From Candidatus Hydrogenedentota bacterium (GTDB lineage Bacteria > Hydrogenedentota > Hydrogenedentia > Hydrogenedentales > SLHB01), in NCBI GenBank assembly GCA_045863295.1, contig BTWA01000032.1, positions 1-64,000 of the forward strand: DNA of 64,000 nucleotides, in the 5' to 3' direction. Positions 18,535-27,909 of the stretch are shown in pieces; position 1 is the stretch's first letter; every line of letters starts with the position of its first letter. Position numbers and translations under genes: made by a program. The notes under the pieces are model-generated. The model worked only from the letters and a program-made list of their open reading frames with translations, was not told the origin of the DNA and did no database searches.

Positions 18535-20097
18535 ATGAGGGCAATCATCACGCTGATACGCTCTCGGATTGCGGCGGTTGCGCCTGCGATGGCGGTGTCG
18601 TTGGCCGTGGGTTGCGTGCTTGCGTATGGGGCCTCGAGAGACAACGGGCTCAAGAGGTTTGATGTTACCGACTACACCATGCTCTCCGTGTTTCCCGAGA
18701 TGGTGTTCGGGTTGGGGCTTGTGGCGATCTTGTGCATTTTGATGGTCAACGATACAAGCAAGCGGGGCATTCGCATTGGTTTCCCGGAGCATCTAAAGTC
18801 GCTGCCGGTGTCCACTCCGTTGCTGGCGCTGGCGGAGGTGCTTTCCGGGGTCGCGTTGGTCGGATTTCACGTGCTGGTATCCGCTACGGTTCTGGATTGG
18901 ATGAGCGATCGACTTGGGATGGTCAGTTCGTCGCGTGTGGGTCTCTGGCAGCCCTGGTTTTGGGTGGCGTCCACGGCGTGGGCGTACGGCCTCGTGTGGA
19001 CCGTCGGATCGATTCACGTGCTTCTGGTGGTTGCGGGGTTTGGAGCTTGGTACTTGTGTCTTGGGCTATTGAACGCCGGTGATGCGGGCCTCGCCTTCAT
19101 GTCGGCGCTTGGCCTTGGGCTGGCCATGATTGGAGCGCGACTGTCGCGGCGCGGCACGCTGCGTCCGGTGCGGGCGTCGGTCGAAACCGGCGTTTTCGCG
19201 GGCGAGCGGGCCTCCGGGTTTTTTGATGCTGTCGAAGCCCAGGCGTGGTTCGAATCCCGGCGGTCGGGGCGGTGGTTGTGGTTGATGTTCGGGATCGCCC
19301 TGATGGTGACGTTTGTGCCTCGTGTTGTCATCGCGTTTCCTGAAATGCACACCAGCGATTTCAATTCAATAAACCTTCGGCGTGAAATCGCTTGGGGAGG
19401 CAATGCGGCTATTGGGTTGTTCTTGTTGACCGCGTGGTTGTATGGAGCGCTCCGGCTCGTGTCGCGGACGCGGGCCCTCTGGATCGGCAAACAGCCCTTC
19501 GGGCTGTTGCAACCGCTGCCATCAGCGGCGATGTCGAATGCGACCTTGCGCGCGCAAGCCATTGAGATGGCGGGACCTTGGGTGATCGTGATCCTGGTGA
19601 ACGCGCTGGACGTGTTCTTCGTGCGCGCCGACGGCGAGGGCAGCGGCATCTACATCGAATTGTTGCGGGGCACGCACGATTATTGGTTTGTTGAAGTGAT
19701 CGCCTTCGCGGCCATTTCGCTCTCACTCTATGGACTTGCCTGGATCGCGAGCCAGTTTGGTGTGCTGCTTGTGGTCACGTTTGCCGTCGCGTTAATTGGC
19801 GGTCTGGACGGCGACGCAGTCCAGTTGTGGATGTCCATAACGTTGGCGGTGGCCGCGGTGTTGACCGTCGTCGCGATTGCCCGTTCGCCGCGTGCCATGC
19901 GCGATGCACTCCGCCTTGCCGGCGAAGTTCTGTTGCTCATGCTGTTTTTTGGCCTTGCCGTCGTTGGGCTGAAAGGGCCGCAATCGCTTGACCTCATGCC
20001 GCTTAAGTCGATTGGAATCCTGTTGACCGTCTGTCTGCTGGCGGTCCTGCCGGCGTATGTGACTCCCTTGACGATCAAATGGCAGCGGGTCCATTGA
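18535..20097 (+). CDS. Large polytopic membrane protein, putative ABC permease paralog 1
   Basis: Many TM segments, IGF..L..LPVST, AQAWFESRRSG, C-terminal IKWQRVH. Confidence 0.75.
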   Translation: MRAIITLIRSRIAAVAPAMAVSLAVGCVLAYGASRDNGLKRFDVTDYTMLSVFPEMVFGLGLVAILCILMVNDTSKRGIRIGFPEHLKSLPVSTPLLALAEVLSGVALVGFHVLVSATVLDWMSDRLGMVSSSRVGLWQPWFWVASTAWAYGLVWTVGSIHVLLVVAGFGAWYLCLGLLNAGDAGLAFMSALGLGLAMIGARLSRRGTLRPVRASVETGVFAGERASGFFDAVEAQAWFESRRSGRWLWLMFGIALMVTFVPRVVIAFPEMHTSDFNSINLRREIAWGGNAAIGLFLLTAWLYGALRLVSRTRALWIGKQPFGLLQPLPSAAMSNATLRAQAIEMAGPWVIVILVNALDVFFVRADGEGSGIYIELLRGTHDYWFVEVIAFAAISLSLYGLAWIASQFGVLLVVTFAVALIGGLDGDAVQLWMSITLAVAAVLTVVAIARSPRAMRDALRLAGEVLLLMLFFGLAVVGLKGPQSLDLMPLKSIGILLTVCLLAVLPAYVTPLTIKWQRVH

Positions 20098-20114
20098 TGA
20101 GGAGGCGTTAACCC

Positions 20115-21668
20115 ATGCGCGCAGCCAGTGCATTGATCTGGAGCCAATGGCGGCAGACGCGGTGGTACGTCGTGGGCGTGCCTGTGCTGTGCGCGTTGTG
20201 GGCGTACGCCATCCGGGGCTCGCTGGAACATTTTCAATTGAGCAGCCTGGTCATCCTGTTTATCGGAATCCTTGCGCTGCTTGTGCGGTTGATCACAATG
20301 CATGGCGATTCCGGGAACCTGCGTTTTGGTTTTTCGCCGGCCCTGTACCGGCTGCCTGTTTCCACGGGTATGCTGGTCGCAGTTCACGTGATTTTTGCTT
20401 TCGTTGCGGTTGCAACGGTGTATCTAGTTTCTTCGCTCGTCATTCGCGAAATCACGACCAGCCCGTATTTCTCATCCAGGTTGACCGAGACCTCCCGGTT
20501 TCTACTGGCGGTGTTTGCCGTTGGGGCGATGGCGCTTGCCGTTGCCTGGACTTTGGGCGCAATTCACGCCTATCTGGCGTTTGTTTCGATTCTGCTCTTT
20601 GGCGTCGTGTTCACTTACATTGCGTTAAGGCATTCCGCCGCGCTGCCCGCATTTCTGCTTGCGTGGGGAGGCGGATCGCTCGCGGTCGCCCTGGCAGGCG
20701 CATACCGGGGCCGAAGCGGCGGATTCCGGCGATTTCCTTCTGTCACGGAGAGCGCTCCGCGGCAAGAACCTCGCGCATTCCGACGGGCCCTATGGGCGGT
20801 GGCCTGGTCCGAATACCGCCGGCTTGGAATATGGTTCGTTCCTGCGTACTTGCTGCTGTTGCTTCTTTTTTTCTGGGCCGGTGCGTCCGCTCAAGGAATC
20901 TATAACCATGGGCCTCGAAGCGCACTGGCCAATTCCGTGGAGTTTGCCGCCTACGGGTCGTTGGCGGCATTCCTGAGTGCGGCCGTCCTGTACAACATCC
21001 TGCTCATTGGCGACGATTTGGGAAGCGGCCGAAAGCTATCGTCCGGCATCTGGCGTAATCCCTTGGGTGACATGCGCGCAATTGCGAATGGGCGGTTGCT
21101 GGCCGGCCTGATGAGTCTGATTGTCCCCTGGGTAGTGACGTGTGCGCTGTTCGACGCTTATTTTGCGGTTGGCATCGAAAGCCATGCGCACAGCCCCGTT
21201 GCGACGATTGACGTACTTATTTGGGGCATGGACTATGGGCCAACCGGACCTGGCGAGTACGGCGTGGTTCAGTTCGTGCTTGGCTCCATGGTGTTGTTGG
21301 GCGTCGGATGGGTGGTCCAACAGTGCGGCATTCTGTATCTGCTTTTCTTAGTCGTGTTGTCGAACGCCATCAACCTGTTTGACCTTGAATCGTTGCGGAT
21401 CGACTATGTCGGTTCATTCCTTCTCTTCCCGTTTGGCATCGCCTGTGTATTTCTGATCAAGAACGCGGGCGACTTGCGCTATGTGCGAACCGTTGCGGCG
21501 GTGTGGCTGGTCGCCTTCCTGGCGGCGCTACTGGCTTTTTTCGCCGGATTTTATGAGCCCATCGTGCGCGATCACAGCGTGTGGATCGCCGCGGCAGCCG
21601 TGGCGTCGATGATCTGCGTTCCCATGTTGCTTGCGTCCACCATTTTTCGGTTTCAACAGCACCGTTAA
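20115..21668 (+). CDS. Large polytopic membrane protein, putative ABC permease paralog 2
   Basis: MRAASALIWSQWRQ, FGFSPALYRLPVSTG, AVAWSEYRRLG, C-terminal FRFQQHR. Confidence 0.78.
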   Translation: MRAASALIWSQWRQTRWYVVGVPVLCALWAYAIRGSLEHFQLSSLVILFIGILALLVRLITMHGDSGNLRFGFSPALYRLPVSTGMLVAVHVIFAFVAVATVYLVSSLVIREITTSPYFSSRLTETSRFLLAVFAVGAMALAVAWTLGAIHAYLAFVSILLFGVVFTYIALRHSAALPAFLLAWGGGSLAVALAGAYRGRSGGFRRFPSVTESAPRQEPRAFRRALWAVAWSEYRRLGIWFVPAYLLLLLLFFWAGASAQGIYNHGPRSALANSVEFAAYGSLAAFLSAAVLYNILLIGDDLGSGRKLSSGIWRNPLGDMRAIANGRLLAGLMSLIVPWVVTCALFDAYFAVGIESHAHSPVATIDVLIWGMDYGPTGPGEYGVVQFVLGSMVLLGVGWVVQQCGILYLLFLVVLSNAINLFDLESLRIDYVGSFLLFPFGIACVFLIKNAGDLRYVRTVAAVWLVAFLAALLAFFAGFYEPIVRDHSVWIAAAAVASMICVPMLLASTIFRFQQHR

Positions 21669-21683
21669 AAGGAGTCAAAGCTC

Positions 21684-23300
21684 ATGCGCGCGGCTACGAT
21701 GCTTTTGTGGAGCCAGTGGAAGCAAACGGGTTGGTTTGCTTTGGCGGGTGTGGTGTTTTCGGCGTTATTTGTCTGGTTGATTCATGTGACGCCGCCCGAT
21801 CCCGAGTATGACGGGATGATGCTGATGTATATGTTCCTGGCTCGCATGACGGCGTTGCTTTCGTTGAGCGTAGTGGTTTTGTGGTCGTTGTTCATGCACA
21901 TGAACCGGGATCGGCTTGGATTTGGGTTTTCGCGGCACCTGAGCATTTTGCCGATGCGTACGGGATCCATGGTGGCGCTTCAAATTGGATACAGCCTTGC
22001 ACTCGTGCTTGCCATGATCGTGGCGTTCCGATGGATGTTTTTTTCGATTCCGGAATCCAAGAATCTGGATTTCAACGTGTTGGACGGGGCGGTTTTTCGC
22101 GTCTCCACGTGGAGCGTCATCGTTGCGGTGGGGTATGGCATGGTGTGGTCGTTCGGCTGGTTAAAGTCGTGGGCAGCGGCATTGCCGTTTGCAGTGTTAA
22201 TGGCATTGTTGGTGGTGTCCTCGGCATTTCCGGACTCGTATACCTATCTGGGCGGCGCGGGAATGGCCGCCGCCGTGGCCGGGGCCTATCTGGCGCGCAC
22301 AGGCCGGGCGTTTCCGGCTCGGGTGCCGCCTTTGAGCGGAGCGGCGACGATGGCCGACGCGCCGAAACGGTTTGCTTCGGCGGATGCGGCGCAATGCTGG
22401 TTTGAGACGCGGTCGCGCGGGTGGTGGCTGTTCGCCGCGCACGGGGCCTGCATGGTGGCAGTGCCTTTGCTGGTGCTGTTCGATGCGCCGGATGCGCTGG
22501 AAGCCGCCGCGGATATTCTTTCCAGACCAAAAGACATCTATCTGCTTCTGGTTGGATGGGTCATTGTGCCATTTCCCTGGGCGATGTTGATCTGCAGCGT
22601 ATTCATCTTGGCGCGCGAGATCATGATGCACCGCACCAAGGAAGGGTTCTGGATGTTCACACGCCCGATGGGGACAGCCGATCTGGCTTCTGCCCGCATC
22701 CGGGCCAACGCACGGCAGTTTATGTATCACTACCTCGCGATGGCCGTGCTGGCGTTGCCGTTGCTGCCGGAAGCGGCCCGAGAGATCAGTGGTGAGTTTC
22801 AACAGGCGGGATTTACGTCTGTCTTTTTGACTACGACAAGCGGCGCCGGTTCCCTGATCGTGGCGGTGGCGGTAGCCGGCGGTGTTTTCATCTGGTCCCT
22901 GCCGTTTCACGTGGCAACGTTTGGTTTAGGCGTTTTCGTCTTGCTGGCGCCGCAAACCATTGCCATGTTTCTCATTGCGAGGGGACCGGATATGCGGTTC
23001 AACGAAACGCACAAGGATTTGATAGAGGGGTTGACCATCGGTTCGGCGGTTTTTCTGTGGGCCGCGGTTCTGTTGTTGATCGGCCTGGCGTTTTACCGCC
23101 ATTTCCTAAGTTGGAAGCACGCACTGTTCATAGTGGTTTCGTTCGGCACAAGCCTTTGCCTGATCGCCCTCCTTTCCTACGTGGATTCGGAGTTCCGGTT
23201 GGAGGGAACGATGTGGCTGATCGGCGGACTGATCGCGCTGGCTCCCGGCCTCGCGATTGCGCTGGTGCCATTGAACATCCAGTGGCAGCGGCACCGGTAG
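21684..23300 (+). CDS. Large polytopic membrane protein, putative ABC permease paralog 3
   Basis: MRAATMLLWSQWKQ, FGFSRHLSILPMRTG, AQCWFETRSRG, C-terminal IQWQRHR. Confidence 0.78.
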   Translation: MRAATMLLWSQWKQTGWFALAGVVFSALFVWLIHVTPPDPEYDGMMLMYMFLARMTALLSLSVVVLWSLFMHMNRDRLGFGFSRHLSILPMRTGSMVALQIGYSLALVLAMIVAFRWMFFSIPESKNLDFNVLDGAVFRVSTWSVIVAVGYGMVWSFGWLKSWAAALPFAVLMALLVVSSAFPDSYTYLGGAGMAAAVAGAYLARTGRAFPARVPPLSGAATMADAPKRFASADAAQCWFETRSRGWWLFAAHGACMVAVPLLVLFDAPDALEAAADILSRPKDIYLLLVGWVIVPFPWAMLICSVFILAREIMMHRTKEGFWMFTRPMGTADLASARIRANARQFMYHYLAMAVLALPLLPEAAREISGEFQQAGFTSVFLTTTSGAGSLIVAVAVAGGVFIWSLPFHVATFGLGVFVLLAPQTIAMFLIARGPDMRFNETHKDLIEGLTIGSAVFLWAAVLLLIGLAFYRHFLSWKHALFIVVSFGTSLCLIALLSYVDSEFRLEGTMWLIGGLIALAPGLAIALVPLNIQWQRHR

Positions 23301-23354
23301 CCGGGTTCGATTACCTGCTCGCGCGGGGGAAGTACGCCGGGGAGGATGAAGGCC

Positions 23355-24245
23355 ATGAAGAAGTCTGGGTTCACGCTTGTCGAGCTTCTGGTGGTGATCG
23401 CGATCATTTCGATTCTTGGGGCATTGTTGATGTCCGGTTTGAGCCGGGCGATGGAACTTGGCCGGCGCACGACGTGCGTCAACAATCTCAAGCAGATCGG
23501 CATCGCGTTCATGCTGTTTGCCGATGAAAACCGGGACTATTGGCCGCCACGCCATGTGCCATACTTTAATTCGTATTCGCCAAACGTCGGGTGCTACGCA
23601 AGTTTCGACGGGGAGTTCGTGTATCCCGATTACTTGACGGATGCCAACGTTCTCCTTTGTCCGAGCGACGGCGAGTATTTTGTGGAAGGGCGATTGGAGA
23701 GCAATCTACAAATGCCGGTGGGTCCGGGGTGGAACGCGTCAAACTTTCACAATCCGGTGCGGAACAAGGCGACGTTTGTTCACATGCCGGACTATTCGTA
23801 TGTGTATTGGGGATACATGATTAATCCCGCCGATGCCGCGACAACGCCGGATGTGGATGCGTTGGCGTTGAAGCTGGTGAACATTCATCCGGATGCGGTC
23901 AACTTCACCACGCGCTGGAGCGACCTTGAGGTTACGTTGCCGACGTGGGCCGATCCGATAACACTGCACCGGTTGCGCAATGGTATCGAACGGATCATGA
24001 TTACGGATATCAACAGTCCGGCGGCGGGTTCGCACAGCGCGTCGGAGGTGGCCGTGATTTGGGATCACGTGAGCCGGCGCGGCGGGGCCTTCTACATGCC
24101 CGACCGCAATCACTTGCCACTGGCGGCCAACGTGTCGTTTCTCGATGGACATGTGGAGTGGGGGCGGTATCCGCAGCCTTCGGGGTCAAAGTTTTTCATG
24201 CTGACGGAAGCGGCACAGGCGTGCGCGGTGGATGAATTTCCGTGA
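23355..24245 (+). CDS. Prepilin-type DUF1559 protein (second copy)
   Basis: [18 protein letters not shown]...[50 protein letters not shown] at 23341. Confidence 0.9.
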   Translation: MKKSGFTLVELLVVIAIISILGALLMSGLSRAMELGRRTTCVNNLKQIGIAFMLFADENRDYWPPRHVPYFNSYSPNVGCYASFDGEFVYPDYLTDANVLLCPSDGEYFVEGRLESNLQMPVGPGWNASNFHNPVRNKATFVHMPDYSYVYWGYMINPADAATTPDVDALALKLVNIHPDAVNFTTRWSDLEVTLPTWADPITLHRLRNGIERIMITDINSPAAGSHSASEVAVIWDHVSRRGGAFYMPDRNHLPLAANVSFLDGHVEWGRYPQPSGSKFFMLTEAAQACAVDEFP

Positions 24246-24486
24246 AGGATACCGGGCGAGTAGCCGAATTTGTCCGCAGATGAAGCCGATTGGCGTAGTT
24301 GCACTTTGCGAGAAGCGCATTCGTTACGTTGGTTTTTCTATCTCCGCTACAGGGACCATGGCCGCGACACGGAAATTGTGAATACAACCCAAAGGCCGAA
24401 CCCAATCCAAGCGTGTTTTTGATTCTTGACGGGCAGCGGGACTAGATTGTGATCGACCAGAGGCTGGCGTTCAGGAGTGCTCCGTC

Positions 24487-25419
24487 ATGTTTCGCTCTGC
24501 AAACGAATCCCACTCGCGAACATGTTCTGTGCATTTACTTTGGTTTTGGCTTCCATTTGTCCTTTCATCAGTTGTCCTGTTTGCGTTAAGCCAATTTGAT
24601 TGGCTATCCATTTACGTGTCGAATTCGGTACCGCTGCCTTCTCTTGGGGAAGGAGCGGCGAATGCGACTCGATCTTCCCTTCTGATTGCGGCGATATTTT
24701 ACAGCATCGTTCAGGCCATTGCTGACTTTAGACCAGGAAGTGCCATGTACCTCGTTGCTGGTTCCTTGCATGCAAGTGCGATCTCCGAGTTAGCGCGTAA
24801 TCGCGTATGGCGCCAAATGCGTTTATTGGCTTGGCCGTCAGCGGTGTATCTTCTATTGAGTGCTCCTGGATTCTTTCACCGTATTCATCCGATATCGGCC
24901 GAGAATGTACTGTACGTCGCTGTAGGGGCTGCGGGACTGATTTCGTTTCACCTTGTCGTATTGCTGAAGGCTTGGGTACTGTTGAATCTTGGCTGGGCGG
25001 CGGTCCTGCTGTATGTAATCTGCTTCCTTCCCTTGTTGGCTTCCGGGGTGGTTGCCGATCTTTATTCCCAGGTGTTGCTTATGGCTTGCCTTATGTTGGG
25101 CCTCAGCGTTTTTGCCGCGGTTGGGTTGTACCGGGTGGTCAGGCTGGTTGGCGTGAGGGCAGGCGTGGATCTCGTGCCGCGAAAGAATCTGTTGCTTGCG
25201 GGCAAGTTCTCATTCGGCGGTTTGTGTATCGCGCTGGCACATGTCTGCATTCTTCGGTCATACGTGCCGGCATTGGACCCGTTTTTGTGGGCGCTGCCCA
25301 TTCTGGCCGGGGTTCCACTGATTTCCATACCATTGATGCTTTATTATGGCATTCGCTACGGCGATACGAGTTCAATTGATCGCACAGACGTGGCCCAATC
25401 CGGTGTCACCCGGCCTTGA
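24487..25419 (+). CDS. Hypothetical polytopic membrane protein, possibly a half-size relative of the permease paralogs
   Basis: AGGAG RBS and about 8 hydrophobic segments, with weak motif resemblance to the C-terminal halves of the proteins at 18535-23300. Confidence 0.6.
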   Translation: MFRSANESHSRTCSVHLLWFWLPFVLSSVVLFALSQFDWLSIYVSNSVPLPSLGEGAANATRSSLLIAAIFYSIVQAIADFRPGSAMYLVAGSLHASAISELARNRVWRQMRLLAWPSAVYLLLSAPGFFHRIHPISAENVLYVAVGAAGLISFHLVVLLKAWVLLNLGWAAVLLYVICFLPLLASGVVADLYSQVLLMACLMLGLSVFAAVGLYRVVRLVGVRAGVDLVPRKNLLLAGKFSFGGLCIALAHVCILRSYVPALDPFLWALPILAGVPLISIPLMLYYGIRYGDTSSIDRTDVAQSGVTRP

Positions 25420-25563
25420 TTCTTTCGCCCAAAACCCACTAGTCTCTACGGGCTGAAGAGCGGGGAGGCGGGGACTGCACGCGCTTGGGCGCTGATCCTT
25501 CCTGTCCATCATGATTGCCAAAATATGCGGGGCGAGAAGTATGCCCGCGGAGGAGCGTGTGCC

Positions 25564-26871
25564 GTGACGGATGTGTTGTTTGGCAAGAAGAAGTGGACTG
25601 ACGGTCTGACAGGGTACCACTGGCTGGTGCTGACGGTCGTGTCGCTGGGGTGGATGTTCGACACGATGGACCAATGGCTGTACGTGGCCGCTCGCCAGCC
25701 CGCTCTAAAGGATTTGTTGGGACCCGGCGCGTCTCCGGAGCAACTGAAATTCCTGGGAGGCGTCGTCAACGGTATATTCATATTCGGTTGGGCAACCGGT
25801 GGTTTTCTATTTGGCATGGTTGGCGATCGCTTAGGCCGTACGCTGACGATGGCCATAACCGTTCTAGTCTACGCCGTGTTTACCGGTTTGAGCGGTCTGT
25901 CCACCAATTGGGAAATGTTTGCCGCCTGCCGTTTCCTCACGGGACTTGGCATTGGCGGCGAATTTGCGGCGGGTGCGGCGCTGGTTGCGGAAGTATTCCC
26001 AAATCATGCGCGGCCCGTGGCTTTGGGGATTATGCAAGCCTGTTCAGCCATCGGCAACATAATGGCTGGCTTTATCAGTTTGACGGTGTTTAGCACGGTT
26101 ACAGACGCGAGCAGTTGGCGATATATCTTTTTTGTCGGATTCGTTCCTGCTTTGTTGGTGTTTGCCATCCGGCTTTTCGTGAAAGAGCCGGAACAATGGC
26201 ATGAGGCCAAGGCCAAAGCAAAAAAGGGCGACATTGAGATTGGATCCATCCTGGGGTTGTTTACCGATCCGATCTTGAGGCGGAATACCATTGTGGGCGT
26301 ATGTCTTGCCGCGGTCGGCGTAATCGGTTTTTGGGGCATTGGCACGTTTTCGTCCGACTTCCTCCGGGGAATTGTGAACCCGGATGGCTTGGAAGAACTC
26401 CGCGGCAAGGCGGATCGGTTCGCAAGTTATGCGATCATGGTCCAAAACGCGGGCGCGTTTTTCGGTATCCTAGCTTGGGCGTGGCTTGCGCAACGCATTG
26501 GCCGCAAACCCACTTTTGCGATAAGTTTCATCGCGTGCGCGATAGTTGTGCCTATCACGTTTAATATCGGCGATTCCACGACCGTCGTGCTTATCATGTT
26601 GTCGATCATGGGGTTCTTCCTGACATCTCTCTTTGGCGGGTACGCAGTTTACTTCCCCGAATTGTTTCCGACGAGACTGCGCGCAACAGGCACGGGATTC
26701 TGCTACAACGTGGCCCGGTATATTTCCATTTCCGGGCCGTGGACATTTGGTTTGCTGAGTGCGCAAATTGGAATTTCGTGGTCGGCCGCGGTCATGTCCA
26801 TCGTGTTTGTGCTTGGCCTGCTCGTGCTGCCGTTTGCGCCGGAAACGCGGGGCAAACCCTTGCCGGAGTGA
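25564..26871 (+). CDS. MFS transporter
   Basis: GWMFDTMD, GDRLGR, RFLTGLGIGGE, AQRIGRK, PELFPTRLRATG, PETRG. GTG start after GGAGGAG. Confidence 0.92.
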   Translation: MTDVLFGKKKWTDGLTGYHWLVLTVVSLGWMFDTMDQWLYVAARQPALKDLLGPGASPEQLKFLGGVVNGIFIFGWATGGFLFGMVGDRLGRTLTMAITVLVYAVFTGLSGLSTNWEMFAACRFLTGLGIGGEFAAGAALVAEVFPNHARPVALGIMQACSAIGNIMAGFISLTVFSTVTDASSWRYIFFVGFVPALLVFAIRLFVKEPEQWHEAKAKAKKGDIEIGSILGLFTDPILRRNTIVGVCLAAVGVIGFWGIGTFSSDFLRGIVNPDGLEELRGKADRFASYAIMVQNAGAFFGILAWAWLAQRIGRKPTFAISFIACAIVVPITFNIGDSTTVVLIMLSIMGFFLTSLFGGYAVYFPELFPTRLRATGTGFCYNVARYISISGPWTFGLLSAQIGISWSAAVMSIVFVLGLLVLPFAPETRGKPLPE

Positions 26872-26902
26872 TTTCAGGGAACAGGTCAACCGAATCATTT
26901 GT

Positions 26903-26931
26903 CGACGCCGCGCCTTCTGGGTGCGGCGTCG
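26903..26931. terminator. GC-rich hairpin downstream of the MFS gene
   Basis: CGACGCCGCGCC/GGTGCGGCGTCG stem with only a weak U-tract. Confidence 0.45.
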
Positions 26932-27013
26932 TTGCTTCCGGCGCGGTTTGGATAGTAGAAATCCCATGATATAGTTCGCCCGTGCCGGTTTCGCTTATTA
27001 AAAGCGTTCGGCA

Positions 27014-27253
27014 ATGACTACACGATTGGACGAAGTAACAGCCCTGGCTCTAGAGCTTCCGCTTCGTGACCGTGTGATTTTGGCACAACGTCTGACAAGC
27101 GGCGTCAATCCTGGGCCAGAAAGCACTTTGCAGATTGACGAGACGTGGTTCGAACTCGCCGAGAAGCGCGCGCGGGAACTCAGTAGTGGTGAAGTGCAAG
27201 CGGTGGACTCAGATGTCGTGTTTGCTCAGGCACGCAAAGACTTGGGACGATGA
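27014..27253 (+). CDS. Putative addiction-module antitoxin (TIGR02574/Unstab_antitox type)
   Basis: ALELPLRDRVILAQRL...IDETWFELAEKRARELSSGEV..D..VF...R. Confidence 0.8.
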   Translation: MTTRLDEVTALALELPLRDRVILAQRLTSGVNPGPESTLQIDETWFELAEKRARELSSGEVQAVDSDVVFAQARKDLGR

Positions 27254-27347
27254 AAGTTTGGTTTCCATAGTGTACGATTTGCGCGATGAGTATATTTTCA
27301 TAATGCACGATCGGCGGATGCCCTCTTGTTGGTCATCTCCTCTTTGA
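27250..27347 (+). pseudogene. Remnant of a RelE/ParE toxin gene
   Basis: ATGA-coupled MKVWFP* followed, in another frame, by SIVYDLRDEYIFIMHDRRMPSCWSSPL, which resembles the ParE C-terminus. Confidence 0.65.
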
Positions 27348-27830
27348 ATTGTCTCTGACGTCAGCCCGAAATGGCCTGTTCCCATCGCCAACGTGAAAGA
27401 CCGCGTTATGCTCTCCACGCTCCAGGCTTAACGCCAGTTCTCCGTGTGTAGCGTAGAGGTTCTCGTCCGGCACACGCACGCTGTCGATCCAGATGGCCAC
27501 GTCGCGGTCGTGGTTATACACAAGGTTTATCGGCGCGCTGACTTTGGTTTCGAATGTACACCGAAGTAACGCGGGGGTCTTTGCAAGCGCGATCTCTCCT
27601 GTTAAGGAAGCGCTAATTGTGCTCCATTTATACGGGGCCGGATTGACGAGCAAGGCCTCTACGTCGAAGTCTTTCAAGTCAGCAGGCGATCCGTTTTCAA
27701 ACGTCAACATGTGCCAGCGAAGGATTGTTGGACTCGCGGGTTCACTGCTTATCGTCAGGCAACCTTGTATGAGGGCGAATGTGACCATAATGCATGCTAT
27801 CGCGTATAGCGTTCTGGAATATCCGTTCAT
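27333..27830 (-). CDS. Hypothetical exported protein/lipoprotein
   Basis: MNGYSRTLYAIACIMVTFALIQG-C lipobox-like start. This is the C-terminal part of ORF 27333..28424 that lies outside the glucosidase gene. Confidence 0.5.
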   Translation of the reverse strand: MNGYSRTLYAIACIMVTFALIQGCLTISSEPASPTILRWHMLTFENGSPADLKDFDVEALLVNPAPYKWSTISASLTGEIALAKTPALLRCTFETKVSAPINLVYNHDRDVAIWIDSVRVPDENLYATHGELALSLERGEHNAVFHVGDGNRPFRADVRDNSKRR

Positions 27831-27909
27831 TTCGTCATCTACTCGCCTGAATCGAGGTTTCGTAACTGATGAGGGGACTCGCAAGCGTCGGGATGCCGCT
27901 TCTACTACT

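Noticed and set aside
27865..27900. Hammerhead-like CTGATGA core
   Set aside because: Followed by GCAA rather than GAAA, with no convincing stems I-III.
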